NCBI GenBank assembly: GCA_949025205.1
Contig: CARMXJ010000003.1
Span: forward strand, 1-62,674
Direction of reading: 5' to 3'
Length of the DNA: 62,674 nt
DNA from: an uncultured Bacilli bacterium
Lineage (GTDB): Bacteria; Bacillota_I; Bacilli_A; RF39; UBA660
In this document: positions 41,747 through 50,536 of the stretch, piece after piece
Layout: every line of letters starts with the position of its first letter
Position numbering within the stretch: the stretch's first letter is position 1
Program-made: the position numbers and the translations under genes
The notes under the pieces: model-generated
The model's database searches: none
Told to the model about the DNA's origin: nothing
The model's input: the letters and a program-made list of their open reading frames with translations, nothing else

Positions 41747-43525
41747 GTGTTTGGAAAAATAAAATATATCAGTGAAAATGTAGCATTCATAGAAAATCTA
41801 GGAGGAGATGCAGGAACTACAGATTTAATGAACATTAATGTTATTTTTGAAGCTCCTGACCAAAGAATTCTAGGAGAAGTAACGGAATTTAACAAAGAGG
41901 AAATAAAAATTCGTTTTTTAGGAGAATATGTTGGAGAACACTACATAAATGGTGTAATCAGAAAGCCATTATTATCTTCCCAAGTACGAATTATCAATAA
42001 TAATGAACTTTTAGAATTAGTAGGAACGCCTAGTAATAAATCTTTTGTTTTAGGAAATAGTGCTATATACAAAAATTACCAAGTTTGTCCCAACATCAAT
42101 GCTCTTTTATCCAACCACATTGGCATTTTTGGAAATACAGGAAGCGGTAAATCTTGCGGAGTGGCAAGAATCGTTCAAAACCTATTTTCCAATCCTCATA
42201 TGTTATCTTATAATGCTAATATCTTTGTTTTTGATGCTTATGGAGAATACAAAAATGCTTTTGGAAGTATTAATAAAATTAATCCCAACTACAGTTACAA
42301 ATTTATTACGACAAATCCAATCGATGCCGATGACTTTTTACTAAAAATACCAGTAAATTTACTGAACTTAGACGATTATGCTCTTCTATTACAAGCAACA
42401 AACCACTCTCAACTACCAATTATTGAAAGAACTATAAGACTTGCTAAAATATTTAGCCAAGATACTGAAGAATCTATAAAATACAAAAATCACTTAATTG
42501 CCAAAGCCTTGCTGGCCATTTTATTTAGTAACCAAACAACAGCTAGAAAGAAAAATGAAGTATTTCAAATCATTGAAGTATGCCACACCAACGAATTCAA
42601 TTTTGATAGTACTATTGCAGGCCTTGGATATACCAGAACATTTAGTGAATGCTTTGAAATTGATTCAAACGGTTATTTTGGAGAAAGTGTTTTAATTACA
42701 GATTACATTTTAAAACACATTGAGGATACGTATGAAGAAATGGAAGAACCAACAGAATACAACTATTCATTAGCAGATTTTACAAAAGCTTTAGAATTCA
42801 CAATGATTAGTGAAGGATTCCAAAACAATTCCAATCTATATAACGATGCAATTATCCTAAAAGTACGTTTAAACACCATTTTAAATACCAAAGTAGGAAA
42901 ATATTTTTCAAACGATGGCTATATACCTCTTGATCGATATGTTAGTAGTTTAGTTGTCAAAAATAATAAAAAAGCCCAAATTATTAATATCAACCTAGAA
43001 GATGTCGATGATACCTATGCTAAAGTTATTGTAAAAATTATGTCTCGTTTGTTCTTTGAGTTTTCTAAAAACTTAGAAAAAAGAGCATCGATTCCATTCC
43101 ACATTTTCTTAGAAGAAGCACATAGATATATTCAACATGATAGTGATACTTACTTAATTGGTTATAACATTTTTGATCGTATTGCAAAAGAAGGAAGAAA
43201 ATATGGTGTACTTTTAGGAATTATTAGCCAACGACCAGTAGAACTATCAGATACTGTTATATCCCAAGTATCCAATTTCTTAATATTTAAAATGACACAC
43301 CCGAAGGATATCAAATACATTGAAGAAATGCTTCCAAATATTTCATCAGATGTTATTGAAAAACAAAAAACATTACAACCAGGAAGTTGTGTCGGATTTG
43401 GCTCTGCATTTAAAATCCCTATGATTATGCGCCTAGAATTACCAGATCCACTTCCATATTCCTCAAACTGCGATGTCTCAGCAAGATGGAACGTAAAAAC
43501 AGAAACACAAGAAAGCAATCAATAA
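41747..43525 (+). CDS. HerA/FtsK-superfamily (DUF87-type) P-loop ATPase
   Basis: N-terminal barrel-like domain; Walker A GIFGNTGSGKSCG; Walker B FHIFLEEAHRYI; GRKYGVLLGIISQRPVELSDTVISQVSNFLIFKMTHPKD, typical of HerA. GTG 41747 lies 8 nt after AAAGAGG; the ORF-track start is 41738. Confidence 0.75.
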   Translation: MFGKIKYISENVAFIENLGGDAGTTDLMNINVIFEAPDQRILGEVTEFNKEEIKIRFLGEYVGEHYINGVIRKPLLSSQVRIINNNELLELVGTPSNKSFVLGNSAIYKNYQVCPNINALLSNHIGIFGNTGSGKSCGVARIVQNLFSNPHMLSYNANIFVFDAYGEYKNAFGSINKINPNYSYKFITTNPIDADDFLLKIPVNLLNLDDYALLLQATNHSQLPIIERTIRLAKIFSQDTEESIKYKNHLIAKALLAILFSNQTTARKKNEVFQIIEVCHTNEFNFDSTIAGLGYTRTFSECFEIDSNGYFGESVLITDYILKHIEDTYEEMEEPTEYNYSLADFTKALEFTMISEGFQNNSNLYNDAIILKVRLNTILNTKVGKYFSNDGYIPLDRYVSSLVVKNNKKAQIININLEDVDDTYAKVIVKIMSRLFFEFSKNLEKRASIPFHIFLEEAHRYIQHDSDTYLIGYNIFDRIAKEGRKYGVLLGIISQRPVELSDTVISQVSNFLIFKMTHPKDIKYIEEMLPNISSDVIEKQKTLQPGSCVGFGSAFKIPMIMRLELPDPLPYSSNCDVSARWNVKTETQESNQ

Positions 43526-43592
43526 AGATTGTTTTTTCTTGCAATAAAACGAGAAATCTATTAAAATAGCTGAAGAAAAAGAGGAATACAAA

Positions 43593-44387
43593 ATGATGAA
43601 TTATTATGAAAGAATAGCAGAATTAATTTTTAGAAATGTTAAAAGTTCTCTTAATAAAGACTTTGTTGAAGAACTAATACAAATAATCATAGAAGAAGAA
43701 GCTTTAGAAGAGTATATGACTACTCAAACGAAAGAATTATTATTAGATCCTGGTTGTATTATTTATCAAACAATGTATAAAGAAGATGCGCCATACGTCG
43801 AAGCGGTGCCAAAATCAAATTATTCCCAAGAATATTATGATTACCTTTATGCAACGCGTTTAACATTAACAGAATTAGAAAAAAGAAGATTAAGAAAAGA
43901 GTTAGAAGAAGGGACAACAGAGAATTTACAAAACTACATTTTAAATGAATATCTTACTCAATGTAAAAAATTAGATGCAATGAAAATATATCAAAAAAAT
44001 ATACGTATGGGTCAACCTGGTAATCCTGAAGAACGATATGCAGATATTTTTACATATGATATTTTACTGAAAGTTTCAGAGTTATTACAAGAAGAAGAAA
44101 TTTATAATATACATAGGTTAGAATTATGCGATGTATTAATTAGAACCTATAGAGCACTACTAGATGGACTTTATATGGGAGGAACTGGAGCAAAGACTTC
44201 TCCAACATTATGTTACCTTAAACAATTAGGTTGCGAAGAAAGAGTGTTAAAAGAAATACAACAAAAAAGTCAAGATTTAGAAGATATTGAAAAATTAAAA
44301 TTGGGATTAGAAATAAGTAAATCTACAGGTGATAAAATTTGTTCAGAACAAGGCAGATTAAAAAGGGCACTTCATATCAATAAATAA
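43593..44387 (+). CDS. Hypothetical helical protein downstream of the HerA-like ATPase
   Basis: 264-aa ORF with RBS AAGAGGAA; no motif recognised. Confidence 0.45.
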   Translation: MMNYYERIAELIFRNVKSSLNKDFVEELIQIIIEEEALEEYMTTQTKELLLDPGCIIYQTMYKEDAPYVEAVPKSNYSQEYYDYLYATRLTLTELEKRRLRKELEEGTTENLQNYILNEYLTQCKKLDAMKIYQKNIRMGQPGNPEERYADIFTYDILLKVSELLQEEEIYNIHRLELCDVLIRTYRALLDGLYMGGTGAKTSPTLCYLKQLGCEERVLKEIQQKSQDLEDIEKLKLGLEISKSTGDKICSEQGRLKRALHINK

Positions 44388-44422
44388 TTGCTATTCAAAA
44401 AATTGTATGCTACAATGAAATT

Positions 44423-44600
44423 ACCTAAAGGATATAGTTTGTTTTATATAAAACCGACTATGGATATGCTTGGGAATCTAATTGAAGTGTGGTGTAGAAT
44501 GCTAACCCATTAAGTGCTGTTAGAATCCTAAAACATTTCATGTGATGCCCACCTCGCGAGAGCGGGTTTTTATCCAAACAGACTTTCCTTTGGGTTTTTA
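44423..44600 (+). ncRNA. Candidate 6S RNA (ssrS-like) or other structured ~180-nt RNA upstream of tcdA
   Basis: Promoter TTGCTA (44388-93), 17-nt spacer containing TG, TACAAT (44411-16). The 5' CCTAAAGGA (44424-32) pairs with the 3' TCCTTTGGG (44586-94). GTTTG/CAAAC and ATAAAACCG/CGGGTTTTTAT extend a long closing helix, and a T-run follows. In B. subtilis the aspS-yrvM(tcdA) intergenic region hosts 6S-1 RNA. Confidence 0.45.
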
Positions 44601-44615
44601 TTTTGAGGTGAATTT

Positions 44616-45302
44616 ATGTTTGACAGAACACTAAAAATAATAGAGGAAAAACTTTTTAAGGCAATTCAATTCAAAAAAATTCTTTTAGTAGGAATTGGGG
44701 GAGTAGGGGGATATGCCCTAGAAAATTTAGTACGTTTAGGATTTTTAGATATCACAATAGTAGATAACGATACGATTGAAACAAGCAATTTAAATAGACA
44801 AATCATTGCTACAACCAAATCGATAGGAAATCTAAAAACAGAAGAAGCAAAAAAAAGAGCACTGGATATAAATCCAAATGCCAATATCAAAACTTATTCT
44901 TTATTTGTAACAGAAGAAAATATAAAAACTATTTTTAATACCACATATGACTATATCATTGATGCTTGTGATACAATAACTACCAAATATTTGCTTATAA
45001 AAGAGTCTTTAAAACAAAATTGCAAAATCATTACTTGTTTAGGGACAGGGAACCGACTAAATCCAGGAGAAATTACCATTACCACTTTAAAGAATACTTA
45101 TAATGACCCTCTAGCCAAAGCCATGCGCAATATTTTAAAAAAGAACAATATTCCACTAAATGTCCCCGTAATATGGAGTAGAGAACTTCCTATAAAAAAG
45201 AAAAGTAGGGAACCAGGTTCCATCTCCTTAGTTCCTGCATCAGCAGGTCTTCAAGCCGTATACTTTATTTTAGAAGATATAAAAAAGGAAATAAATGATT
45301 AG
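44616..45302 (+). CDS. tcdA: tRNA threonylcarbamoyladenosine dehydratase (ThiF/MoeB-family, TcdA/YrvM)
   Basis: VGIGGVGGYALENLVRLGFLDITIVDNDTIETSNLNRQ. Confidence 0.8.
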   Translation: MFDRTLKIIEEKLFKAIQFKKILLVGIGGVGGYALENLVRLGFLDITIVDNDTIETSNLNRQIIATTKSIGNLKTEEAKKRALDINPNANIKTYSLFVTEENIKTIFNTTYDYIIDACDTITTKYLLIKESLKQNCKIITCLGTGNRLNPGEITITTLKNTYNDPLAKAMRNILKKNNIPLNVPVIWSRELPIKKKSREPGSISLVPASAGLQAVYFILEDIKKEIND

Positions 45303-46279
45303 TTTCCTTTTTTTGTAACAACTTCTATTAATGATTTAGGTTTTTCCTGTTCTAAAACGATTTTAGAAATTGTCTTTAAAATGGGGACTTTGATATGTTT
45401 TTTCTCTAAAATAGGAAGCAAAGCCTTTAAGGTATGAACTCCTTCTACAGTATTATTTTTTAAATATTTCTCCTTATTTTGTTGATTAGAACCTCTGCCT
45501 ACCATTTCTCCAAATGTGTAATTTCTACTCTTACTAGAAGAACAAGTCAATACCAAATCTCCAAAGCCAGATAAACTATGAAGTGTCGTAAGTGTAGAAT
45601 TAAAATGAAATAAGATGGTCTCTAGTTCTTTATAAACGGCAGTAAGATAGAAAAAATGTGTACTTTCTTTATATCCAAGTCCACTCACAATTCCAGAACC
45701 TATAGCATAAATATTTTTCACACATCCACATAATGCAGTTCCAACTAAATCATGACTTGGTTCTACAAATACAGAAGTCCCTTGAAATGCTTCTAGGGTA
45801 GCTTTAATACACTTTTTATTTTTACTAGCTACATTAAGTCCTACTGGTTCTAAATTAGCAACATCTAAAGCGAAAGTAGGACCTCCCAATATAGATATAG
45901 GATTTTTTAAACTTTTTTTTGCTATTTCATGAACAAACAAATGACTATCTTCTGCTATTCCTTTGGTCCCAATCGTAACCGGAATATCACTAGAAAGAAG
46001 AGAAGAAATTTCTTTGCATACGCTTTCTAGATACAAAACACTGGTTACAAGGAGTACAAGCTTAGCATCCTTTAAAGCTTCTTCATAAGAATTAGTAATT
46101 TTTATACTTTTAGGAAACATTTTATCTTGAAAAAGAGTAGGTATCTTTGCTGTTTTTTTATATTCCTTTACAAGTTCTGCATTCTCACTCCACATAACAA
46201 TTTCATTCTTTTGATTACTAGCTAAAGCAAGAGCTAAAGAAGCACCAAAAACACCCGTTCCTATAATTCCTATTTTCAT
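45299..46279 (-). CDS. gpsA: NAD(P)H-dependent glycerol-3-phosphate dehydrogenase
   Basis: MKIGIIGTGVFG, GPTFA, CGCVKNIYAIG, LSGFGDLVLTCSSSKSRNYTFG. Confidence 0.9.
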   Translation of the reverse strand: MKIGIIGTGVFGASLALALASNQKNEIVMWSENAELVKEYKKTAKIPTLFQDKMFPKSIKITNSYEEALKDAKLVLLVTSVLYLESVCKEISSLLSSDIPVTIGTKGIAEDSHLFVHEIAKKSLKNPISILGGPTFALDVANLEPVGLNVASKNKKCIKATLEAFQGTSVFVEPSHDLVGTALCGCVKNIYAIGSGIVSGLGYKESTHFFYLTAVYKELETILFHFNSTLTTLHSLSGFGDLVLTCSSSKSRNYTFGEMVGRGSNQQNKEKYLKNNTVEGVHTLKALLPILEKKHIKVPILKTISKIVLEQEKPKSLIEVVTKKGN

Positions 46280-46281
46280 AT

Positions 46282-47484
46282 TTAGTTTCCACCTTTCATT
46301 TCGTTATATAACTTATTAATATTTGCTTCATATTTATTTATTTTCGCTTGGTAATAGCGTTTTCCTTTTAAATTTTCAGGCATATATTCCTGGTAAACCC
46401 AATCATTCTTATAATCGTGCGGATATTTGTAGGTTGTACTACTTGTTTTAATGTGGTTAGGAACATTTCCCGTGTTTCCACTTCTGATATCATTTATCGC
46501 TGCATGAATGGCAAGATAAGCACTATTACTCTTTGGAGACAAAGCCATTTCGGTAACGACAACGCCAAGAGGAATAACGGCCTCAGGTAAGCCAATAAGT
46601 TCTGATGCGTGAATCGCAGCCATCACTTTAGGGCCAATAGAAGGATTGGCAAGGCCAATATCTTCATAAGCAATCACACTCATTCTTCTATAAATACTAT
46701 CTAAATCGCCTGCTTCTAAAAGTCTACCTAAATAATGAAGAGCAGCATCCACATCACTCCCGCGAATCGATTTTTGAAATGCCGATAACACATCATAATG
46801 TCCATCTTCATTTTTATCATGAAAGAATACTGGTTTACTATTAATCTCTTTTACTAAATTGGTACTTACAATTTTATCATCGTCAGTAGAAGAGTAACTA
46901 ACTTCTAATAAATTAAGAGCACTCCTAAAATCTCCTGAAGATAAAGTAGCAATATATTCAAGTGCTTCCTCATCAATTGAAATCCCTTCTAGTCTCTCAC
47001 ATGCTTTCTTAAGCCCAATCATAATATCTTCTTTGGAAAGCTCATGAAGTTCAAAAATTTGCACCCGACTACGAATAGCAGGATTGATTTTGTGATAGGG
47101 ATTAGAGGTAGTAAGGCCAATTAAAATAATTAAACCACTTTCAATATAGGGAAGAAGCAAATCTTGTTTATCTTTATTCATACGATGGATTTCATCAATA
47201 ATAACAATCATTTCGCCATGCATCTTTGCTTCTTCAATCACAATATCAAAATCCTTTTTATTATTAATGGTTGCATTTAAAAAACGATGTTGTACGCCAA
47301 GTTCTTTTACAATCGCATTGGCAATCGAAGTCTTTCCAATACCCGGTTTTCCATACAATATAAAAGAAAAAATTTTCTTATTCTTAACCATATTCGATAG
47401 AATCTTGCCATTTCCAACCAAATGACTTTGGCCAATAACATCTCTAAGTTTCTCTGGTCTTAACGTATTTGAAAGTAATTCCAT
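46282..47484 (-). CDS. rarA: Replication-associated recombination protein A (AAA+)
   Basis: LRPEKLRDVIGQ, LYGKPGIGKTS, IIDEIHR, and a C-terminal MgsA domain (SAFQKSIRGSDVDAALHYL...). Confidence 0.9.
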   Translation of the reverse strand: MELLSNTLRPEKLRDVIGQSHLVGNGKILSNMVKNKKIFSFILYGKPGIGKTSIANAIVKELGVQHRFLNATINNKKDFDIVIEEAKMHGEMIVIIDEIHRMNKDKQDLLLPYIESGLIILIGLTTSNPYHKINPAIRSRVQIFELHELSKEDIMIGLKKACERLEGISIDEEALEYIATLSSGDFRSALNLLEVSYSSTDDDKIVSTNLVKEINSKPVFFHDKNEDGHYDVLSAFQKSIRGSDVDAALHYLGRLLEAGDLDSIYRRMSVIAYEDIGLANPSIGPKVMAAIHASELIGLPEAVIPLGVVVTEMALSPKSNSAYLAIHAAINDIRSGNTGNVPNHIKTSSTTYKYPHDYKNDWVYQEYMPENLKGKRYYQAKINKYEANINKLYNEMKGGN

Positions 47485-47509
47485 GTAACCACCAAGGGTA
47501 TTATATCAT

Positions 47510-47533
47510 CAAAAAAGAGTCAGAACAACTGAC
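47510..47533 (-). terminator. Terminator of the 47545..48372 gene
   Basis: AGTCAG (47517-22) / CTGACT (47528-33) stem with a T-run on the minus strand (47510-16). Confidence 0.5.
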
Positions 47534-47544
47534 TACTAAAGAAT

Positions 47545-48372
47545 TTAAGAAGATATATTATCCTTAATCTTCCATTTTCTAGAACGTTTTAAAATATCCA
47601 TATACATCTCATATTCTTCTTTATTTATGGGAAATCCATATAACAATCTATTTGATAAAGAAAAATTTTCTCTATATTGTAGACTCATTGTATCAAAGTC
47701 TTCCTTATTATACCAAACAAATATAGGAAGATATTTTTCTACACCTATTAAGTGAAAATATTCTAATGTAGGAGAAATGATAGTATCATTAACTCGCTCA
47801 TAACTTAAAATAATACTTTCTAATAATTCGACTTTAAAAAAATCTATTAAATTTGGTGCAAAAGTAGCTATGTATGAAAGAAGGGATAACATTTCCATAT
47901 TTGCACAAATTCTTGTATATCTTTCATCAAAATCTAAATTATAGAATGTATAATATTGTCCTAAAGTGGCTTCATGGGTTAAATTTAACAAGTCAGCCTC
48001 TATACTTGTTTCAAATAATCTTTTCTTTAAATTATGACCATGTTCAATCTCATGCACAAGTGTCCTACATACAAGATAATTAGGAAAAAATAACCTTTCT
48101 TCATAGGAAAATAAATTTAAATATAAAGCATAAGTTTCTAACATTTTTTCTATACCACTCAAAGAAACAGTTATCATTCTTCTAGAACTATCATAGAATG
48201 CGGTGGCATAACTATCATCGTTTTGCGGAACTGTTTCAAATTTTATATCTTTAACATATTCTCCTAAATTTTTCAAATTAGTTTCCATACGAACAATATT
48301 AATAATAAACTCTTTATCTGCCAATCTACCTCTTTTAGAATACTCTAAAAGTAATTTTAACAATTCTAGCAT
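47545..48372 (-). CDS. Hypothetical protein with an HExxH motif (possible zinc metallopeptidase)
   Basis: TLVHEIEHGHNL; no other recognised motif. Confidence 0.4.
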   Translation of the reverse strand: MLELLKLLLEYSKRGRLADKEFIINIVRMETNLKNLGEYVKDIKFETVPQNDDSYATAFYDSSRRMITVSLSGIEKMLETYALYLNLFSYEERLFFPNYLVCRTLVHEIEHGHNLKKRLFETSIEADLLNLTHEATLGQYYTFYNLDFDERYTRICANMEMLSLLSYIATFAPNLIDFFKVELLESIILSYERVNDTIISPTLEYFHLIGVEKYLPIFVWYNKEDFDTMSLQYRENFSLSNRLLYGFPINKEEYEMYMDILKRSRKWKIKDNISS

Positions 48373-48483
48373 ACAAACACGCTCCTTAAAATTGAAAACT
48401 ATTTTAGCAAAAATTTGAAAATAGTCAAATTTGACACAGTCAAAAAAAATCCTTATACTTTAATTAGAAAGGATAGTGAATGT

Positions 48484-49377
48484 ATGACAAATCAAGAATA
48501 CTATGAAAAATACCTAGATTATTTAAGGTTTGAGCGAAAACTATCCAAAAATACCATAGCATCCTACCAAGACAATCTAAATCGTTTTGAAGAATTTATA
48601 AAACCAAAAAATATTAAAGAACTAAAAAGAAAAGATATAGAAGCTTACCTGAAATTTAATGACAATATGGCAGAAAAAAGTAGGGCACATTATTTAACAG
48701 TTGTCAAAAACTTCTATAATTTTTTAGTTGGAGAAAACTTAATCAATTCTAATCCTTGTGAGACAATAAAATCACCAAAAATTTCAAAAAAACTGCCAAA
48801 CTTTCTAACAGAAGAAGAAATTAATAAACTTTTAAATTTACATTTAGAAACGCCGCTAGACTACCGAAATAAAGCCATGCTAGAACTATTATATGCAACT
48901 GGTATTCGTGTAAGTGAACTTATTAGTTTAAAATTAAGCAATATTAGCTTAGAAGAAGATTTAATAAGAGTAGTAGGAAAGGGGAGTAAAGAACGATTAA
49001 GCCCCATTAGTTCTATAGCAGAAAAATATGTAAGAATATACATAGAAGAATACCGAAATACACTTTTAAAGAACAAAGATAGTGAATACGTTTTTATAAA
49101 TACCTTTGGTGATCCTATCTCTCGTCAAGGATTTTTTAAAAATTTAAAAAGAATCGCAAAAGAGCAGGGAATAGAAAAAGAAATAAGTCCCCATACACTC
49201 AGACACTCTTATGCAACCCACTTACTTTCTAATGGGGCAGACTTACGTATTATCCAAGAATTACTCGGACATAGCGATATTTCAACAACAGAAATCTATA
49301 CCCATTTAGTAAATGAAAAATTAAAAAACGATTATAATAATCACCCTAGAGCAAAAAAAGAAGGAAATCCAAATTAA
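48484..49377 (+). CDS. xerD: Tyrosine recombinase XerD/XerC family
   Basis: N-terminal SAM-like domain (YLDYLRFERKLSKNTIASY), R..ELLYATGIRVSEL, HTLRHSYATHLL, GHSDISTTEIYTH. ATG 48484 follows AAAGGA. Confidence 0.85.
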   Translation: MTNQEYYEKYLDYLRFERKLSKNTIASYQDNLNRFEEFIKPKNIKELKRKDIEAYLKFNDNMAEKSRAHYLTVVKNFYNFLVGENLINSNPCETIKSPKISKKLPNFLTEEEINKLLNLHLETPLDYRNKAMLELLYATGIRVSELISLKLSNISLEEDLIRVVGKGSKERLSPISSIAEKYVRIYIEEYRNTLLKNKDSEYVFINTFGDPISRQGFFKNLKRIAKEQGIEKEISPHTLRHSYATHLLSNGADLRIIQELLGHSDISTTEIYTHLVNEKLKNDYNNHPRAKKEGNPN

Positions 49378-50096
49378 TTTCCTTTTTTAAGTTTCCTGAA
49401 TCTACTTAAAATCATACCGTTTTGCTTTGATACTTCTGGTTCTTGTTGTTCGATTACTTTCTCTTGTAACAATTGATTTAAAATAACTTTCTGTAACTCT
49501 AATTCCTCTTTATAAGATACTGTTTGAATAGCAGTAGAAACATTTTGCATATTATCTTTTGTTTTTTCCTCTAACAATTTTTGGCATTGTAATTTATTCT
49601 TTGCTAAAACTTGTTCTAGACCAGAGATTTCTAAATTTAAATTTTGAATACTTTTTTCCAATTCTTGTTTTTCTCTTTTCTTTTTTCTATATTGAAAAGG
49701 CCAAAAAGCTCCAGAAGAAGCAACAATATCAAAACATCCGCAAAAAATAGTGGCCGCAAAAAATATAAGCCATGCATACGCAAATCCGACTTTTATAATA
49801 TAAACTAGGGTCGCTATAAGAGGGATACCTGGCATAAAAAATAGAAGGAAAATCCAAGAAAATATGTCTTCTTTTTTGGCATTTGGCATCTCTTGAATTA
49901 TCTCATTTAAATCTTGCATTTTAGATTTTTGTTTTTCTTTCTTTTTATCTAAACTTTCTTGTTGTTTTTCATTAACATTTTCAAGTTTTAAAATATCTCC
50001 CATATTGTCTTGATATTCTCTTGTTTGCATAATTCCTTGTTCATCGGAAACTAAAAAACTTTCCTCTTCGCGATTGAATTTAAAATTAACGTTCAA
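49374..50096 (-). CDS. Membrane protein with flanking coiled-coil regions
   Basis: TTG start preceded by GAGGTGA; two or three central TM helices; K/E/Q-rich N- and C-terminal regions. Confidence 0.5.
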   Translation of the reverse strand: MNVNFKFNREEESFLVSDEQGIMQTREYQDNMGDILKLENVNEKQQESLDKKKEKQKSKMQDLNEIIQEMPNAKKEDIFSWIFLLFFMPGIPLIATLVYIIKVGFAYAWLIFFAATIFCGCFDIVASSGAFWPFQYRKKKREKQELEKSIQNLNLEISGLEQVLAKNKLQCQKLLEEKTKDNMQNVSTAIQTVSYKEELELQKVILNQLLQEKVIEQQEPEVSKQNGMILSRFRKLKKGN

Positions 50097-50150
50097 AAAT
50101 AATCACCTCAACGGGACATATTATATAATGCAAATAAATTATAGTCAAAC

Positions 50151-50183
50151 AAAAAGCCTAGTTTTTTCACTAGACTTTTTTTG
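50151..50183 (-). terminator. Terminator downstream of the small basic ORF
   Basis: On the minus-strand RNA: AGUCUAGU gaaaaaa ACUAGGCU (one G.U pair) followed by UUUUU. Confidence 0.55.
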
Positions 50184-50235
50184 CTGCATCAATAAAACAT
50201 ACAGCCCATAAAAGATTAACTTTATAATCGTTTAA

Positions 50236-50370
50236 TTAACGACTTTGTTCGTTTCTACTAGATTTTCTATTATTATTTCTAGAATTTTCTTGTTTTTGGT
50301 TATTTTGTTTATTGTTTCTAGAATTAGTATTAGAATTTCTACTATTACGAGAATTATTATTTTTTTCCAT
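50236..50370 (-). CDS. Small (44 aa) highly basic Asn/Ser/Arg-rich protein, absent from the ORF track
   Basis: My translation: MEKNNNSRNSRNSNTNSRNNKQNNQKQENSRNNNRKSSRNEQSR*. Strong RBS GGGAGGT ~10 nt upstream, with its own terminator. Confidence 0.55.
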   Translation of the reverse strand: MEKNNNSRNSRNSNTNSRNNKQNNQKQENSRNNNRKSSRNEQSR

Positions 50371-50536
50371 AATCTCTTTTACCTCCCACTAGTAGTATGG
50401 TCTTTTTAGAACACTTAATTCAAAAATAAAAAATTATCTCTTGGAAATAATTGGTTTTAGTAAAAAAAGATTGACAACCACAGCCTAAATATGCTAATTT
50501 ATAATGGTTGTGTCCTAAAAAAGAAAGGAGTCTATT

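Noticed and set aside
44423-44600. tRNA, tmRNA or SRP RNA identity for the structured region upstream of tcdA
   Set aside because: There is no cloverleaf or GGTTCGAATCC-like T-arm, no tmRNA 5' GGGG / 3' CCA acceptor pairing or tag ORF, and no SRP domain IV motif (GGAAG...AGCAG).
48484-49377. The XerD-like recombinase as the integrase of a mobile island covering 49.4-62.7 kb
   Set aside because: It has the full XerC/D-type N-terminal and catalytic motifs and sits next to rarA/gpsA backbone genes, so it is most simply the chromosomal dimer-resolution recombinase. No att-like direct repeats were noticed. This cannot be fully excluded without the downstream sequence.
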